50,879 bases of DNA from Candidatus Binatia bacterium (lineage in GTDB: Bacteria; Desulfobacterota; Binatia; HRBIN30), in contig JBBRSP010000038.1 of NCBI GenBank assembly GCA_038245295.1, forward strand, positions 1 to 50,879, read 5' to 3'. Positions 28,399 through 39,729 of the stretch are shown one piece after another. The position numbers were made by a program, and so were the translations under genes. The notes below the pieces were generated by a model, which was not told the DNA's origin, ran no database searches, and saw nothing but the letters and a program-made list of their open reading frames with translations. The number at the start of each line of letters is the position of its first letter. The stretch's first letter is position 1.

Positions 28399-30696
28399 AT
28401 GAAGTATCACGTGATGGTCCTCAGTCTGCTGAGTGCGGGACTCATCGGGAGCACGTCGGCGGCGGCGCAAACCGCCTGCAGCGCCGCCCAGGTCTCGGCC
28501 CAGGAAGCTGGATGCCCCGCCGCCGGGGCCTGTGTCATCACCAAAAGCTTCACGTTGCCGTCCGACTGCACATTCGACTTCGGCTCACGCAGCGTCACGA
28601 TGACCCCAACGGCGCGCTTTACGGTCGGCTCGAACTCGCTGATGCTGATGGCCGGATCACTGACGATTCAGCCGCGGCTGGGACCGTCGATCGACGCCCG
28701 CGGCAGCGGCGCGACGGCCCCGACCAACAGTGGCGGCTCGGTGACCATTACGACGAGCGGCGCCGTTACCCTGCAGAAATCGGGCGCGGTGCGAGCCGCC
28801 ATCGATGTCTCGGCGAATCTCCAGGCCGGCAGTATCACGATCACCTCTGGCGACACGGTGACGGTCAACGGCGCGTTGTCGGCGAGTCAGTTGGTGCCCG
28901 GCGGCAGCGGCGGCAATATTACGATTGCGGCGGCGAAGGACGTGATCTCCGCGAGTGGTAGCTCCATCGATGCAACGGGTGGCGTCACTTCCATCAATGG
29001 TGGCGGTGACATCACCATCGACGCGGGCGGCAAGCTCGACTTCGGTGATATCATCGACGTCACCGGCAGCAACGCCGGTAACATCGACCTGTCTTCCGGC
29101 GGCGATTTCATCTCGCGCGGCATCCGCGGCAACGGCAACGGGGACGGCGGAGATGGAGCGACGGTTACCGTCGAAGCCGGAGGCGCCGTGCAGATCCTGG
29201 CGCCGATCCTGTTGCGTGGCAGCGATTCGAACGCCACGGCAGGCGGTGGCGGCGGCACGTTGGGGATCGATGCACTGGGCGGGAGCTTCGTCATGAACGC
29301 TGCCGTGTTCGCCGAAGGTGCCGGTCCGGATGGCGACGGTGGCGAGGTCGATTTCACCTCCACCGGCGATTTCACCCTTGCCAACGGTATTGCCCTGTCG
29401 GTGTCCAGTAACGGTGATTGCGGTTCCGGTGGAACCATCTGCATCGAAGCGAGTCTGAGTGCCTTCTTGAATGGCAATACCAGCGCCGATGGGGGAATAT
29501 CCGGCGGCTGTATCGATATCGCTTCGCACAGCGATATGTCGATTTCGGGCTCCATCACATCAAAGGGCTTTTTCGCGGCCGGACAGGGCGGTGATATCAA
29601 CATCGAGGCCGGCCTCGAGGCATTTGGCGGTCTGACCATCAGCGGCACTCTCAATGTCGGCGGCGGACCCTGCGGCATTGATGGGTGCGGCGACGCCGGC
29701 AGCATCGAGTTGGCCGCGTGTGCACTCAATGTTACCAATGCGGCTATGCTGTTTGCGCGCGCTCCCGGCTCGGGCGGGACGCTGCAGTTTACCGCGCGTG
29801 AGCAGGCAACGATCAACGGCACGGTGAACGCCCTCGGCGAAGGTTCGGGTGGTGCAGACGGCGGCAGTGTGATCATCTTCCCGGACGGCAAACCGCCGGT
29901 AGTCAAAGCAAATGCGATTGCGCCCGTCGCACTGTTGCAGAGCATGCCCAGGTGTACGGCGGCAGGCCAGGCGGACTGCCTCGTTCCTTGCCCGACATGC
30001 GGCAACGGGGTCATCGAGTTTCCGGAAGTATGCGACGGCGGCAATGCCGCGAACTGCGACGGTTGTTCGCACTTCTGTCAGATCGAGACCTGCGGCCCCA
30101 ACATCGTCTGCAGTGCCGCCTGCGATCCGCTATTGGGCTGCGGGCTGATCAGCGGCTGCACCCCGACGCCAACGATCACGCCGACGTTCACGGTGACCCG
30201 CACCGGCACAGCGACGCAAACATTGCGTCCGAGCGCGACCGGAACACCCACGGCGACGGTCCCGGCGATTGCGACGCTGACGATTACGCCGACGACAACC
30301 ATTGTGCCGTCGGCGTCGAGCACGCTGACCGCCACTTCAACACCGCTGCCGCCGACAGCCACGAAGACGCCGACTGCGACGACAACGATAACCGCAACCA
30401 CCATCCCGTCGGCAACCAACACAGCGACGAAAACCGTGACAGTGACAGCTACCTCTACGGCGTCGCCAACGGCGTCGATTTCGCCGACGGTGGCCGCCGC
30501 CAAATGCGTCGGCGACTGCCACGGCGATGGCGAGGTAACGGTCGACGAGTTGCTGTCGATGGTGAACATCGCCCTGGGAAGTGCGCCCGTATCGGGCTGC
30601 CTCGCCGGCGATGGCAACGGCGACGGCGAGATTACCATCGACGAGATCCTCAGTGCCGTAAATGCGGCGCTGAATGGCTGTCCGATGACATCGTAG
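28399..30696 (+). CDS. secreted Gly-rich beta-helix-like repeat protein with Cys-rich repeat, Thr/Pro stalk and dockerin-like domain
   Basis: Signal peptide; repeated GGxI/VxIxA units; CGNGVIEFPEVCDGGN; long Thr/Pro tract; CVGDCHGDGEVTVDEL...GDGNGDGEITIDEI..NGCP. Confidence 0.82.
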   Translation: MKYHVMVLSLLSAGLIGSTSAAAQTACSAAQVSAQEAGCPAAGACVITKSFTLPSDCTFDFGSRSVTMTPTARFTVGSNSLMLMAGSLTIQPRLGPSIDARGSGATAPTNSGGSVTITTSGAVTLQKSGAVRAAIDVSANLQAGSITITSGDTVTVNGALSASQLVPGGSGGNITIAAAKDVISASGSSIDATGGVTSINGGGDITIDAGGKLDFGDIIDVTGSNAGNIDLSSGGDFISRGIRGNGNGDGGDGATVTVEAGGAVQILAPILLRGSDSNATAGGGGGTLGIDALGGSFVMNAAVFAEGAGPDGDGGEVDFTSTGDFTLANGIALSVSSNGDCGSGGTICIEASLSAFLNGNTSADGGISGGCIDIASHSDMSISGSITSKGFFAAGQGGDINIEAGLEAFGGLTISGTLNVGGGPCGIDGCGDAGSIELAACALNVTNAAMLFARAPGSGGTLQFTAREQATINGTVNALGEGSGGADGGSVIIFPDGKPPVVKANAIAPVALLQSMPRCTAAGQADCLVPCPTCGNGVIEFPEVCDGGNAANCDGCSHFCQIETCGPNIVCSAACDPLLGCGLISGCTPTPTITPTFTVTRTGTATQTLRPSATGTPTATVPAIATLTITPTTTIVPSASSTLTATSTPLPPTATKTPTATTTITATTIPSATNTATKTVTVTATSTASPTASISPTVAAAKCVGDCHGDGEVTVDELLSMVNIALGSAPVSGCLAGDGNGDGEITIDEILSAVNAALNGCPMTS

Positions 30697-30697
30697 A

Positions 30698-30820
30698 GGG
30701 AGCTCTTGCGGACACCCACCCATGAGACTCGGCGATTGCGCCGTGCGATCAGCGCCTTGGACGAAAGGCACCGCTCAGCGACTGTTGTCTGGCGGAGGTG
30801 GGTGTCCCTCTTGCGCTCCC
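30698..30820. repeat. long imperfect inverted repeat upstream of ilvD
   Basis: GGACACCCACC (30710-30720) / GGTGGGTGTCC (30797-30807), with outer GGGAGC / GCTCCC. Confidence 0.55.
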
Positions 30821-30999
30821 CCAGGGGATGCGACTCGCGCGTCAGGGTGCGCTGCGGGGAACTTCCCAACCCACTCACTGGTGTGGGCACGGGGCTTCCC
30901 GCCTGGTGCCTGGCAGCCCGTGATCGGTCCGCAGCACGGACGCAAGATGGGGCACGTCACCGCGCGCGGCGGATTGCATTCGATTTGGAGGAACTCAAC

Positions 31000-32703
<1,704 letters not shown>

Positions 32704-32930
32704 GGCGGCATTTCGTTCACGCGGCGTTGCTGCTGCTCGTAGCGTTGGCAAACTCAGGGATTGCACCAGCCGCACTCCCCCGGTGACGCGGTCTTGACGC
32801 CGGCGAGCGGGCGTCGTTCGCGGTGACCGCAACCTGCGCAGACGAGCACCTCCGCTTGCGGACGCTGGGTCGGCAAGCCGCAATCCGCAGTGCACGATTC
32901 GAGCTTTCGAACATCGTCAGATACCTACCC

Positions 32931-32996
32931 TTTAGAGGGGACGATGGAGACGTTGGCATCATACGAAGCCCGGTCCGCGCCATCGCCCGACTCGAC
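32931..32996 (+). ncRNA. relic of a group II intron 3' end (domain VI)
   Basis: TTTAGAGGGGACGATGG...CCATCGCCCGACTCGAC folds as a DVI hairpin with bulged A (32990) and ends in AC; no DV or RT ORF upstream. Confidence 0.55.
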
Positions 32997-33179
32997 CGCA
33001 TCGCCAAACCGGTGCTACCTTCCTCGCCGCTCTCAATGTGGACAACAGGCAGCGCGCAAGGGTACTGGGACTATGGACGAGGGGCCGACCTGGGAATGCG
33101 GCCTGATGATCGTCCCGCCAACTCCCTCGCGCCGTCCGTGGCGTGGCGTTGGCTTGACGAAGTGGAGAGCAGGAGAGCC

Positions 33180-36100
33180 ATGCGACGCACGATCGGTTTC
33201 TCGAGCGCACTCGGATTGGCAGTCGTTGCGATGCTGCTCGCCGCGACGGCCGCCGTCGCCGAGCAGGCGATTCTCGGCAGCAAGGTGCAGATCAAGCAGA
33301 GGCCCGCCCTCGCCGAAACACGCCAGGTCGTCATGGAAGCCAAGGGTGTCGCGACGGCGAGCACGCTGGCCGGCGATCCATCGACCAACGGCGCATCCCT
33401 CACCGTGATCGCGCAAGGCGGAACACCCACCGCACAGATTTTCAGATTGGCGGCGGGGATCTCGCCGTCGGGGAAATCGTACTGGCGTCGAACGCCCTCG
33501 AATCCGGCGCTGCCGGCGAATGCTTGGGAGTACAGGGACAAGAGCGGCGAGAGCTCGGCGGTCGCCAAGCTGTCGATCAAGATCGCGGCGGGCAAGGCGC
33601 TGCTGCGGGCGAAGATTACGGGCAAGGCGGGCCAGCCGGTAGCCGTGGTGCCGCCCGACCCGGGGAGTTATGTCGGCTTCGTGTTCACGATTGATGGTGC
33701 AGGCGGCGACGTTTACTGCACCAGCTTCGGCGGCGCAGCAGGTGGGTCCCTTCTGCAGGGCGGCGCATCAAGATTCGAGATCAAGAAGCCGATTACCAAG
33801 GCGAGCTGTCCCGCTCCGGGTGCGGTCTGTGGAAACGGTGTGGCCGAGTCACCCGGCGAGACCTGCGACGGGGCGGACGACTCCCGCTGCCCGTCGCTGT
33901 GCGGCTCGAGTGGCCTGCCGTGCCAGTGCCCGTCCTGCGGCCCACTGCCCTGCCCGCCTGCCGGGGGACCGTGCGCCATCGCCGGACCCGGCGTCGAAGA
34001 TCCGGTGACGCTAACCTTGGCCGACTACGGAACCTACAGCGCCCCGTTCGCGCTGACCAACAACGGTGACGGTGTGCTGTCGTGGGCTACCGCCATCACC
34101 GAGCCCACCTATGGCACTGTTCGCAATTCCAACCTGCCGGTGCGGCCCAACACCTCGTACGTCTTGCGCGCCCGATTCCGCCTCGCCCCCTCCACCCGCG
34201 CCTATCTGGCCGTCGACACCTACGCCGCAGGGACACCAAAGGACTCCTCCGGAGAGCCAACCATCGCGCGGCATTCAACAACGCTCGGCGTCACCCGCAT
34301 GCGCGACGGCGGCAGCGACGACCGCGAGTGGCAAGAGGCCTGCGTCGCCTTCACCACGTCGCGCAGCGAACGACTTCTCAATGTGCGGATTGGCGGCTTC
34401 GGGAGTGATGCGGGCAATGGCCCCGGAACGGTCAGCATGCGCGACGTCATCCTGCAGACCGTGGCGAAGACCGGCACCTGGGTCAGGTTCGCCGCTGACC
34501 ACCCGCCATCGGCGCTATCGATCGACCTGCTCAGTCGATACCCCCATTTTGCCGCCGCCGCGCCAAGCTTTCCGGTCACGGTCCCGGCGGATGGAACGTT
34601 CAGCGACTGGGTGGACGCGACGCATTTCGCCCCGGGAACGACAGTGACCGATGTCGGACAGGGTGGCAGTGTCTACTACTTCCTGGGCTTCCGCGATGCG
34701 ACTGGCGCAGTCGTCACAGATGTCCCCTTGCGAGTGGAGGTGACGACCAACCCGGATGTGCCGGCGTATTACGCATCGCCGCCTTCACCGCTGGCGCCGG
34801 TGATCTTGCTGTACCTCCCGAGCGAGGACTCCGACCTGAGTTGGCGCCCGGGAATCACCGGCCTGATGGCAGACGAATACAGTCGTCTCCTCACTGGATT
34901 CGAGGCGCGGCATTCGAATCAAACCTTCCGGGTGCCATCGCGGTATCACGCGAGCACCGACATGGGGCCAGCGGGAGCGCTGGTCGATCGACCCGAAATT
35001 GCCGACGTCTCGTCAGAGCTGATGCACGAGGCGGGCTTCAACGGCGTCTGGAGTGTGCTCGGGTACGACGTCGTTACCCAGACGGCAGCTCACGGCATCA
35101 CACACCACTCCACCTCGATCGATAGCGTTTACAACCCGATGTACTACGGCGAAGTTGATTTCGATCCGGCGGCCCAGCACGCTTCCGCCGTCGCCGGGCT
35201 CGAGAGCTACGGTTTGCCCGCCGCGCTGGCGCCCTTCGTGGGGACACCGGAGAACGTGCGGATATTCCTGTTCGACGAGGTGCAGGGGCCGTTCCTGAAG
35301 GCTGGTGATCCACTAAGCCAGGCCTTTTGCACCTACCTCGCCGACAACGGTCAAGCCGACCTGATCGTCAATGGATGCCACAGCGTGGCGCCGCTCGTCG
35401 GAGCGCCGGCGTATTACGCCGCGAGCGCGCCGCCCGCCGCTCCGGCAGCCGATCCGGACGCGGCCCGGCTCTGGTACTGGAAGGTCCGGTTCTACAACTG
35501 GACGGGCGCCGAGATCCTCAAGCAAGTGCGCACGGCAGGCACGGAGGTCGGTGGCGCCAATTTCCCGGTGACCATCAACGTCGGCCAACCGGCGAGTGGC
35601 TACTACAGCTACGCGCCGGGAGTAGAGACGCGCGAGTTGCTGCGGCGGCGACCGCCCGACAACCTACCCACCATCGACATGTTGTGGGGCGAGGAGTTCG
35701 CGCTCGGCCGCTGCTACGCCCAATGGAACAGTGTGGACGCGGACTTCTGGGCTGCACTTGCCGCGCCGACGAGCGGCACGTTCGGGAGCTACGTCCATGC
35801 CAACGACGGCTACGTGCCGCAGAAGGTGCTGTCGAGCGCCAGCCGCGGCGGCCACTCCTTCGACATGTTCACCTTCCCGATGGTGCTCGGGACCGCCGGC
35901 AGCGGCATCAACGCCGCGGCATGGCTCGACCAGGCCGCGACCACCAACGATCTGCTGGCCCGCGTCGAACCGATGCTCTACGACGGCAAACGTCCGCCGC
36001 CAGCGGTCGCCATCTTCTCAGGCCAAACCGACCCGCTATGGAATTTCGCCGATCGATCGGCCGAGTGTTGGCTGTGTTCGCCCAGCACCGAGGACGCGGG

Positions 36101-37037
36101 CATCCACTACCTACTGACACACGCTCATTATCCGGTGGACTTCGCGATCGAGGAGGACATCGGCGCGCTCGTCGGTGGGCAGTGTGTGGACGGCCCAGCC
36201 CTCGACGGCAAGCAGGCGTTGTTCCTCGATCGTAAGTTCGTCTCGAATTGTGCCTTCGCGGCAATCCGCGCCTGGGTCGAAGCCGGCGGTATCCTTGTGC
36301 TCGGCAAGGAGCTGCCGTTGCACAACGAATACGGCCAACTCGAGCCGGCCCGCAGTGCCTGGATCGGCGTACAGGCCGGGCCAGATCGCAGCACCACGGC
36401 TGGAGCCGCTCTCACCTGGAACGGACTGGTGCTCCATCCGGCAGCGGGCGTGCACTATCGAGCTCTCACCGCCAATCCCGGGGGGCCGTCGGTCACGACC
36501 GTCGCCACGTTCACCGCCGGCGACGCCACAGGCGAGATCGCCGCCGCCGACATCACGCGCGGCGCCGGCCTCATCAGGATCGCCAGCTTCAGCGCCGGCA
36601 CCTGGTATCTGATACCGATCAGTGACTGCGCCGGCGCCAGCTTCGCTCCGCTTCACCTCGTGCCGAGCGGCGACATCCGCCCGTTCGGCTTCGATGCGTC
36701 GCTACGCGAGGCGATGACAGCGATCCTGGCCGACAAAGGCGTCGTCGCTACGCGACCGGTGGTGCCATCGGATCCGCTGGTCGAGGGGCAGATCGTTCTC
36801 GATCGTTCGGGGAACAGCGTCACCGGTGGAGCGATCGTCTTGCTGGATTACAACAATAGCCGGGACGATGTGATCACGGTCGAGGTGCCTGGATTGACGG
36901 GTTGCGTGAAGAGTGTCCTGGACGATCGCCAATACACACTCGCGGGCCATACGTTGTCGTTGTCCCTTACCGATCAGGAGGTTCTGGCATTCTCAACGAC
37001 CGGAGCGGGCTGCGTAGCGACGTGGACGGGGCCCTGA
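33180..37037 (+). CDS. large secreted modular glycoside-hydrolase-like protein (GH-A/GH42-like with trimerisation-type domain)
   Basis: RBS AGGAG; signal peptide; Cys-rich CGNGVAESPGETCDG; CBM-like VRPNTSYVLRARFR; IFLFDEVQG; VAIFSG..HYPVDF..AIRAWVEAGGILVL. Confidence 0.65.
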   Translation: MRRTIGFSSALGLAVVAMLLAATAAVAEQAILGSKVQIKQRPALAETRQVVMEAKGVATASTLAGDPSTNGASLTVIAQGGTPTAQIFRLAAGISPSGKSYWRRTPSNPALPANAWEYRDKSGESSAVAKLSIKIAAGKALLRAKITGKAGQPVAVVPPDPGSYVGFVFTIDGAGGDVYCTSFGGAAGGSLLQGGASRFEIKKPITKASCPAPGAVCGNGVAESPGETCDGADDSRCPSLCGSSGLPCQCPSCGPLPCPPAGGPCAIAGPGVEDPVTLTLADYGTYSAPFALTNNGDGVLSWATAITEPTYGTVRNSNLPVRPNTSYVLRARFRLAPSTRAYLAVDTYAAGTPKDSSGEPTIARHSTTLGVTRMRDGGSDDREWQEACVAFTTSRSERLLNVRIGGFGSDAGNGPGTVSMRDVILQTVAKTGTWVRFAADHPPSALSIDLLSRYPHFAAAAPSFPVTVPADGTFSDWVDATHFAPGTTVTDVGQGGSVYYFLGFRDATGAVVTDVPLRVEVTTNPDVPAYYASPPSPLAPVILLYLPSEDSDLSWRPGITGLMADEYSRLLTGFEARHSNQTFRVPSRYHASTDMGPAGALVDRPEIADVSSELMHEAGFNGVWSVLGYDVVTQTAAHGITHHSTSIDSVYNPMYYGEVDFDPAAQHASAVAGLESYGLPAALAPFVGTPENVRIFLFDEVQGPFLKAGDPLSQAFCTYLADNGQADLIVNGCHSVAPLVGAPAYYAASAPPAAPAADPDAARLWYWKVRFYNWTGAEILKQVRTAGTEVGGANFPVTINVGQPASGYYSYAPGVETRELLRRRPPDNLPTIDMLWGEEFALGRCYAQWNSVDADFWAALAAPTSGTFGSYVHANDGYVPQKVLSSASRGGHSFDMFTFPMVLGTAGSGINAAAWLDQAATTNDLLARVEPMLYDGKRPPPAVAIFSGQTDPLWNFADRSAECWLCSPSTEDAGIHYLLTHAHYPVDFAIEEDIGALVGGQCVDGPALDGKQALFLDRKFVSNCAFAAIRAWVEAGGILVLGKELPLHNEYGQLEPARSAWIGVQAGPDRSTTAGAALTWNGLVLHPAAGVHYRALTANPGGPSVTTVATFTAGDATGEIAAADITRGAGLIRIASFSAGTWYLIPISDCAGASFAPLHLVPSGDIRPFGFDASLREAMTAILADKGVVATRPVVPSDPLVEGQIVLDRSGNSVTGGAIVLLDYNNSRDDVITVEVPGLTGCVKSVLDDRQYTLAGHTLSLSLTDQEVLAFSTTGAGCVATWTGP

Positions 37038-37175
37038 TGTCGGGACAGATTTAGGGGCGAACAGCTTGTTGGGAAATCGGGTTTTCCCTGCAACCAATGA
37101 GGGCACCTGGCGGCGAGGGCGACGGCGAGTTCGAGCGAGCACGGTAGGCAATGGCGCAAAAGGGGGGAAGCAGCC

Positions 37176-37418
37176 TCAATCCGAATTGAGCTCTTTTACC
37201 AGGACTGCGGCCTCGTTGCGGCGGAGAAAAGGCAGCGTGAAGGGTGCATCGTAGAAGAGGGCATGCGCGCTGCCCTCCGGTTTCCATTGCGAGTCCGAAA
37301 GCTGTGCGAAGAGCTCCGCCTGGCGTGCCGCCATGTCCTCGCCAGATCCCGAAAAGCGTAAGACGGCAATCGTCTCTTCCGGCGCGGTCACAATGTGCAC
37401 TGCGGGGTCAGTCGGCAG
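37176..37418 (-). pseudogene. C-terminal fragment of a SOUL heme-binding protein
   Basis: LPTDPAVHIVTAPEETIAVLRFSG...FYDAPFTLPFLRRNEA matches the SOUL C-terminus; upstream frame runs into a repeat element. Confidence 0.7.
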
Positions 37419-37483
37419 GCGATCGGACCTTGAGTGATCGCGCGCGCTTCCGCCATGAGCGGCAGACCCTGCGCCCCCGCACA

Positions 37484-37697
37484 GAGACTGTCGATAAAGT
37501 CTAAGGCGGGCTTCGAGACGGCCCCAGGGATCGGATTTCACCAAGTGGGCCTCCTCAGCCCCAACGGGGTGCTTTGATTTCAGGAGGGTTTCCCGTTCGC
37601 GCTGAGGAGGCACCAACTGCGCAAAACCTGCGGGTGCCCCTTCGACGGAGCAGGACAGGCGTCTCGAAGCGCCGTTCTATGCAAAATCGACAGTCGC
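37484..37697. mobile_element. MITE-like element (GAGACTGTCGAT termini) carrying a CTTCGAGACG/CTCCTCAG palindrome
   Basis: TIR GAGACTGTCGAT / ATCGACAGTCGC (1 mismatch); internal arms GCTTCGAGACG / CGTCTCGAAGC and GCCTCCTCAGC / GCTGAGGAGGC. Confidence 0.68.
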
Positions 37698-37928
37698 TTG
37701 CAGCGGCCGGTCTTGCGTAATCCGCTGCCAAACATTCGTAGCAGCCAACCCTCGTTCGCAGTGTCGGTGGATCTTCGCGCCTTTGCACGTCGGCGTGGGC
37801 CTCAACGCGAGAAGCCAGTCGATTCACGCCCGCCGCCGCAGTTGCTGCAAAGCAACGTATGCGGCCGCACTGCAGCATGTCCGCTGCGTTCGCACTGGTC
37901 CGCGTTAGTCGTGGTGCCGAGCGCGTGT

Positions 37929-37944
37929 TGGCACCAGCCTTGCT
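37929..37944 (+). promoter_or_regulatory. sigma54 (-24/-12) promoter
   Basis: TGGCAC-CAGCC-TTGCT, with GG and GC separated by exactly 10 nt; RBS AGGAGG follows at 37958. Confidence 0.75.
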
Positions 37945-37971
37945 GTTACCCAAAGGCAGGAGGTTACGACG

Positions 37972-38073
37972 ATGCAAATCGACATGACGACACAGTTGGT
38001 TCCGATGATCTGGGCGATGATTGCTTTGATGGTGGTTGCAAGCGTGTCGCTGTTCGGCGCGCACTCCCACTAA
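37972..38073 (+). CDS. 33-aa single-TM peptide (below the ORF-track cutoff)
   Basis: AGGAGG RBS; MQIDMTTQLVPMIWAMIALMVVASVSLFGAHSH*. Confidence 0.65.
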   Translation: MQIDMTTQLVPMIWAMIALMVVASVSLFGAHSH

Positions 38074-38126
38074 GACGAGGTGCGAAGAGCCAAGCCTCTG
38101 ACGACCTCGAGACACGGAGAGAGACG

Positions 38127-38366
38127 ATGTTCACCTTACCCACTGTGGCAATAGCTCCAATCGCGAATGGTTTTGGAGCGGTGGTTATCCCGACAATCGA
38201 CGGTGCGTTGTATGGCTGGCTCCTGGTCGCCGTTCTGATCGTAACCGCCTTCGGCATTCTCCGCGCCACGTCGCGCCCCGACTCGGGTCGTATCAACGAG
38301 CCTTCGCAGCCGGCAGCGCGCGAACCCCTCGTCAGCGCGGAGTTACCGAGAAAGATTGCCGCGTAA
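38127..38366 (+). CDS. 79-aa small membrane protein
   Basis: GGAG upstream; MFTLPTVAIAP...YGWLLVAVLIVTAFGILR...RKIAA. Confidence 0.6.
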   Translation: MFTLPTVAIAPIANGFGAVVIPTIDGALYGWLLVAVLIVTAFGILRATSRPDSGRINEPSQPAAREPLVSAELPRKIAA

Positions 38367-38503
38367 CACCCCACGGGCGGCTCCGCGTCCTGGCCCCCTC
38401 CTCGCACGAGGCCGCCCTCCTCGCACTCGGCAAAGCAAGGTTATCGAATCCTGACTGGAAGTTGGCGCCCGAAAGGACGATAGAGCATGGTGGGAACTCT
38501 ACT

Positions 38504-39496
38504 ATGCCAAATGCTCCGTCGAAGTTTTGGACCCGCGTTGTCCTCGTCACTCTTTCGAGTTTGATCACTGCGGCCGTTTCTCACGCCGCGTGTGCACCAC
38601 CGCGGTCCGCACCGGGGGGCAATACGATCTGGGTCGAAGACCTTGTCGTCCCCGCCAACACCACGACGGCGACCATCACCGCACGGTTGAGTACCTCGGC
38701 CGCGGTTGCCGGGGGGCAGAACGACCTGAGTCTCCCTGCGACGCTACGCATCCACAGCAATTCCAACGGCCGCCCCGATTGCGCGGTCAACCCGACCATC
38801 GACAAATCCGGCTCGAGCTTTCTTTTCCGTCCCAACGACTGTGTTGGCGATGCCTGCACATCCATGCGGGCGTTGGTGTTCGCAACGGACAACCTGGAAC
38901 CGATTGCCGATGGAGCCGTCCTTTATACCTGCAACATCGATGTGACGGGCGGCGGTGAGTTTGTCGTCACCGGTGTGGTACTCGGAGACCCCGATGGCCG
39001 TCGCATCGCGGGGGCTGCCGGTCGGGATGGTACGGTGTGCATCGACGATGCGCCACCTCCAACGCCGATACCGACGGCGAGTGCCACAGCGCCGAACACT
39101 CCAACGAATACGTCTACCCGGACACAAACACCCAGTCCAAGCACAACAGCGACGGCCACACCGTCGGCAACGCCTAGTGCGACACATACGCCCACGTTGA
39201 CACGCACACCAACGACAACGCCCACGCCAACCCAAACCGCGACCACGACTAACACGGCAACGGCGACAGCCACGGCAACCGCATCGGCGACGGAGACACC
39301 AACGCAAGCGTCACTCTGCGCCGGCGACTGCAACCGCGATCTCGAAGTCACGATCGACGAATTGATCCTGGCGGTGAACATCGCTCTCGATAACGCGGGA
39401 GTTGTCCAATGCCCGGCCGCCGACCACGATGGCAACCACGAGGTGACCATCGATGAGCTGGTCAGCGCCGTCGGCCGAGCCCTCGACGGTTGCTGA
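38504..39496 (+). CDS. secreted cohesin-like + Pro/Thr linker + dockerin-like protein
   Basis: Signal peptide; beta-sandwich-like segment with VAGGQNDL, RPDCAVNP, MRALV..EPIADGAVLYTCNIDV; Thr/Pro tract; CAGDCNRDLEVTIDEL...DHDGNHEVTIDEL..DGC. Confidence 0.75.
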   Translation: MPNAPSKFWTRVVLVTLSSLITAAVSHAACAPPRSAPGGNTIWVEDLVVPANTTTATITARLSTSAAVAGGQNDLSLPATLRIHSNSNGRPDCAVNPTIDKSGSSFLFRPNDCVGDACTSMRALVFATDNLEPIADGAVLYTCNIDVTGGGEFVVTGVVLGDPDGRRIAGAAGRDGTVCIDDAPPPTPIPTASATAPNTPTNTSTRTQTPSPSTTATATPSATPSATHTPTLTRTPTTTPTPTQTATTTNTATATATATASATETPTQASLCAGDCNRDLEVTIDELILAVNIALDNAGVVQCPAADHDGNHEVTIDELVSAVGRALDGC

Positions 39497-39729
39497 GTTC
39501 TGATCGTACAGCGTATCGCTTACGACGCTGCCGCTGTGCCTGAAAATGCCACCGACGAACGCGTACTCATGGGTGGAGTAGTCTGGCTCCGGCCGGATGC
39601 ATCGGCGCGGCGCCGTAGCTCACCTGCCCCCCCGGGGCCCCTTGACCCTATCCCGGATCCAGCGGTTCCATCTTGGCTCGCAGAGGGGATGATTGGGGGC
39701 CGCAACCGCAAGGTTCAAAAGGAGGACCG

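Noticed and set aside
30160..30500. Periodic ACG/CCG tracts (also ~7110-7260, ~13530-13690, ~39060-39310) as CRISPR or tandem DNA repeats
   Set aside because: They are in-frame Pro/Thr linkers with no constant repeat-spacer structure, and no cas genes are present.
30698..30999. Attenuator or riboswitch leader for ilvD
   Set aside because: No Ile/Leu/Val-rich leader peptide or T-box features; the inverted repeat looks REP-like.
32823..33179. N-terminal extensions in the ORF track (also 8186, 9489, 11723, 15717, 30706, 37698, 18475)
   Set aside because: Downstream starts have an RBS and/or signal peptide or match family N-termini; the extensions cross non-coding elements.
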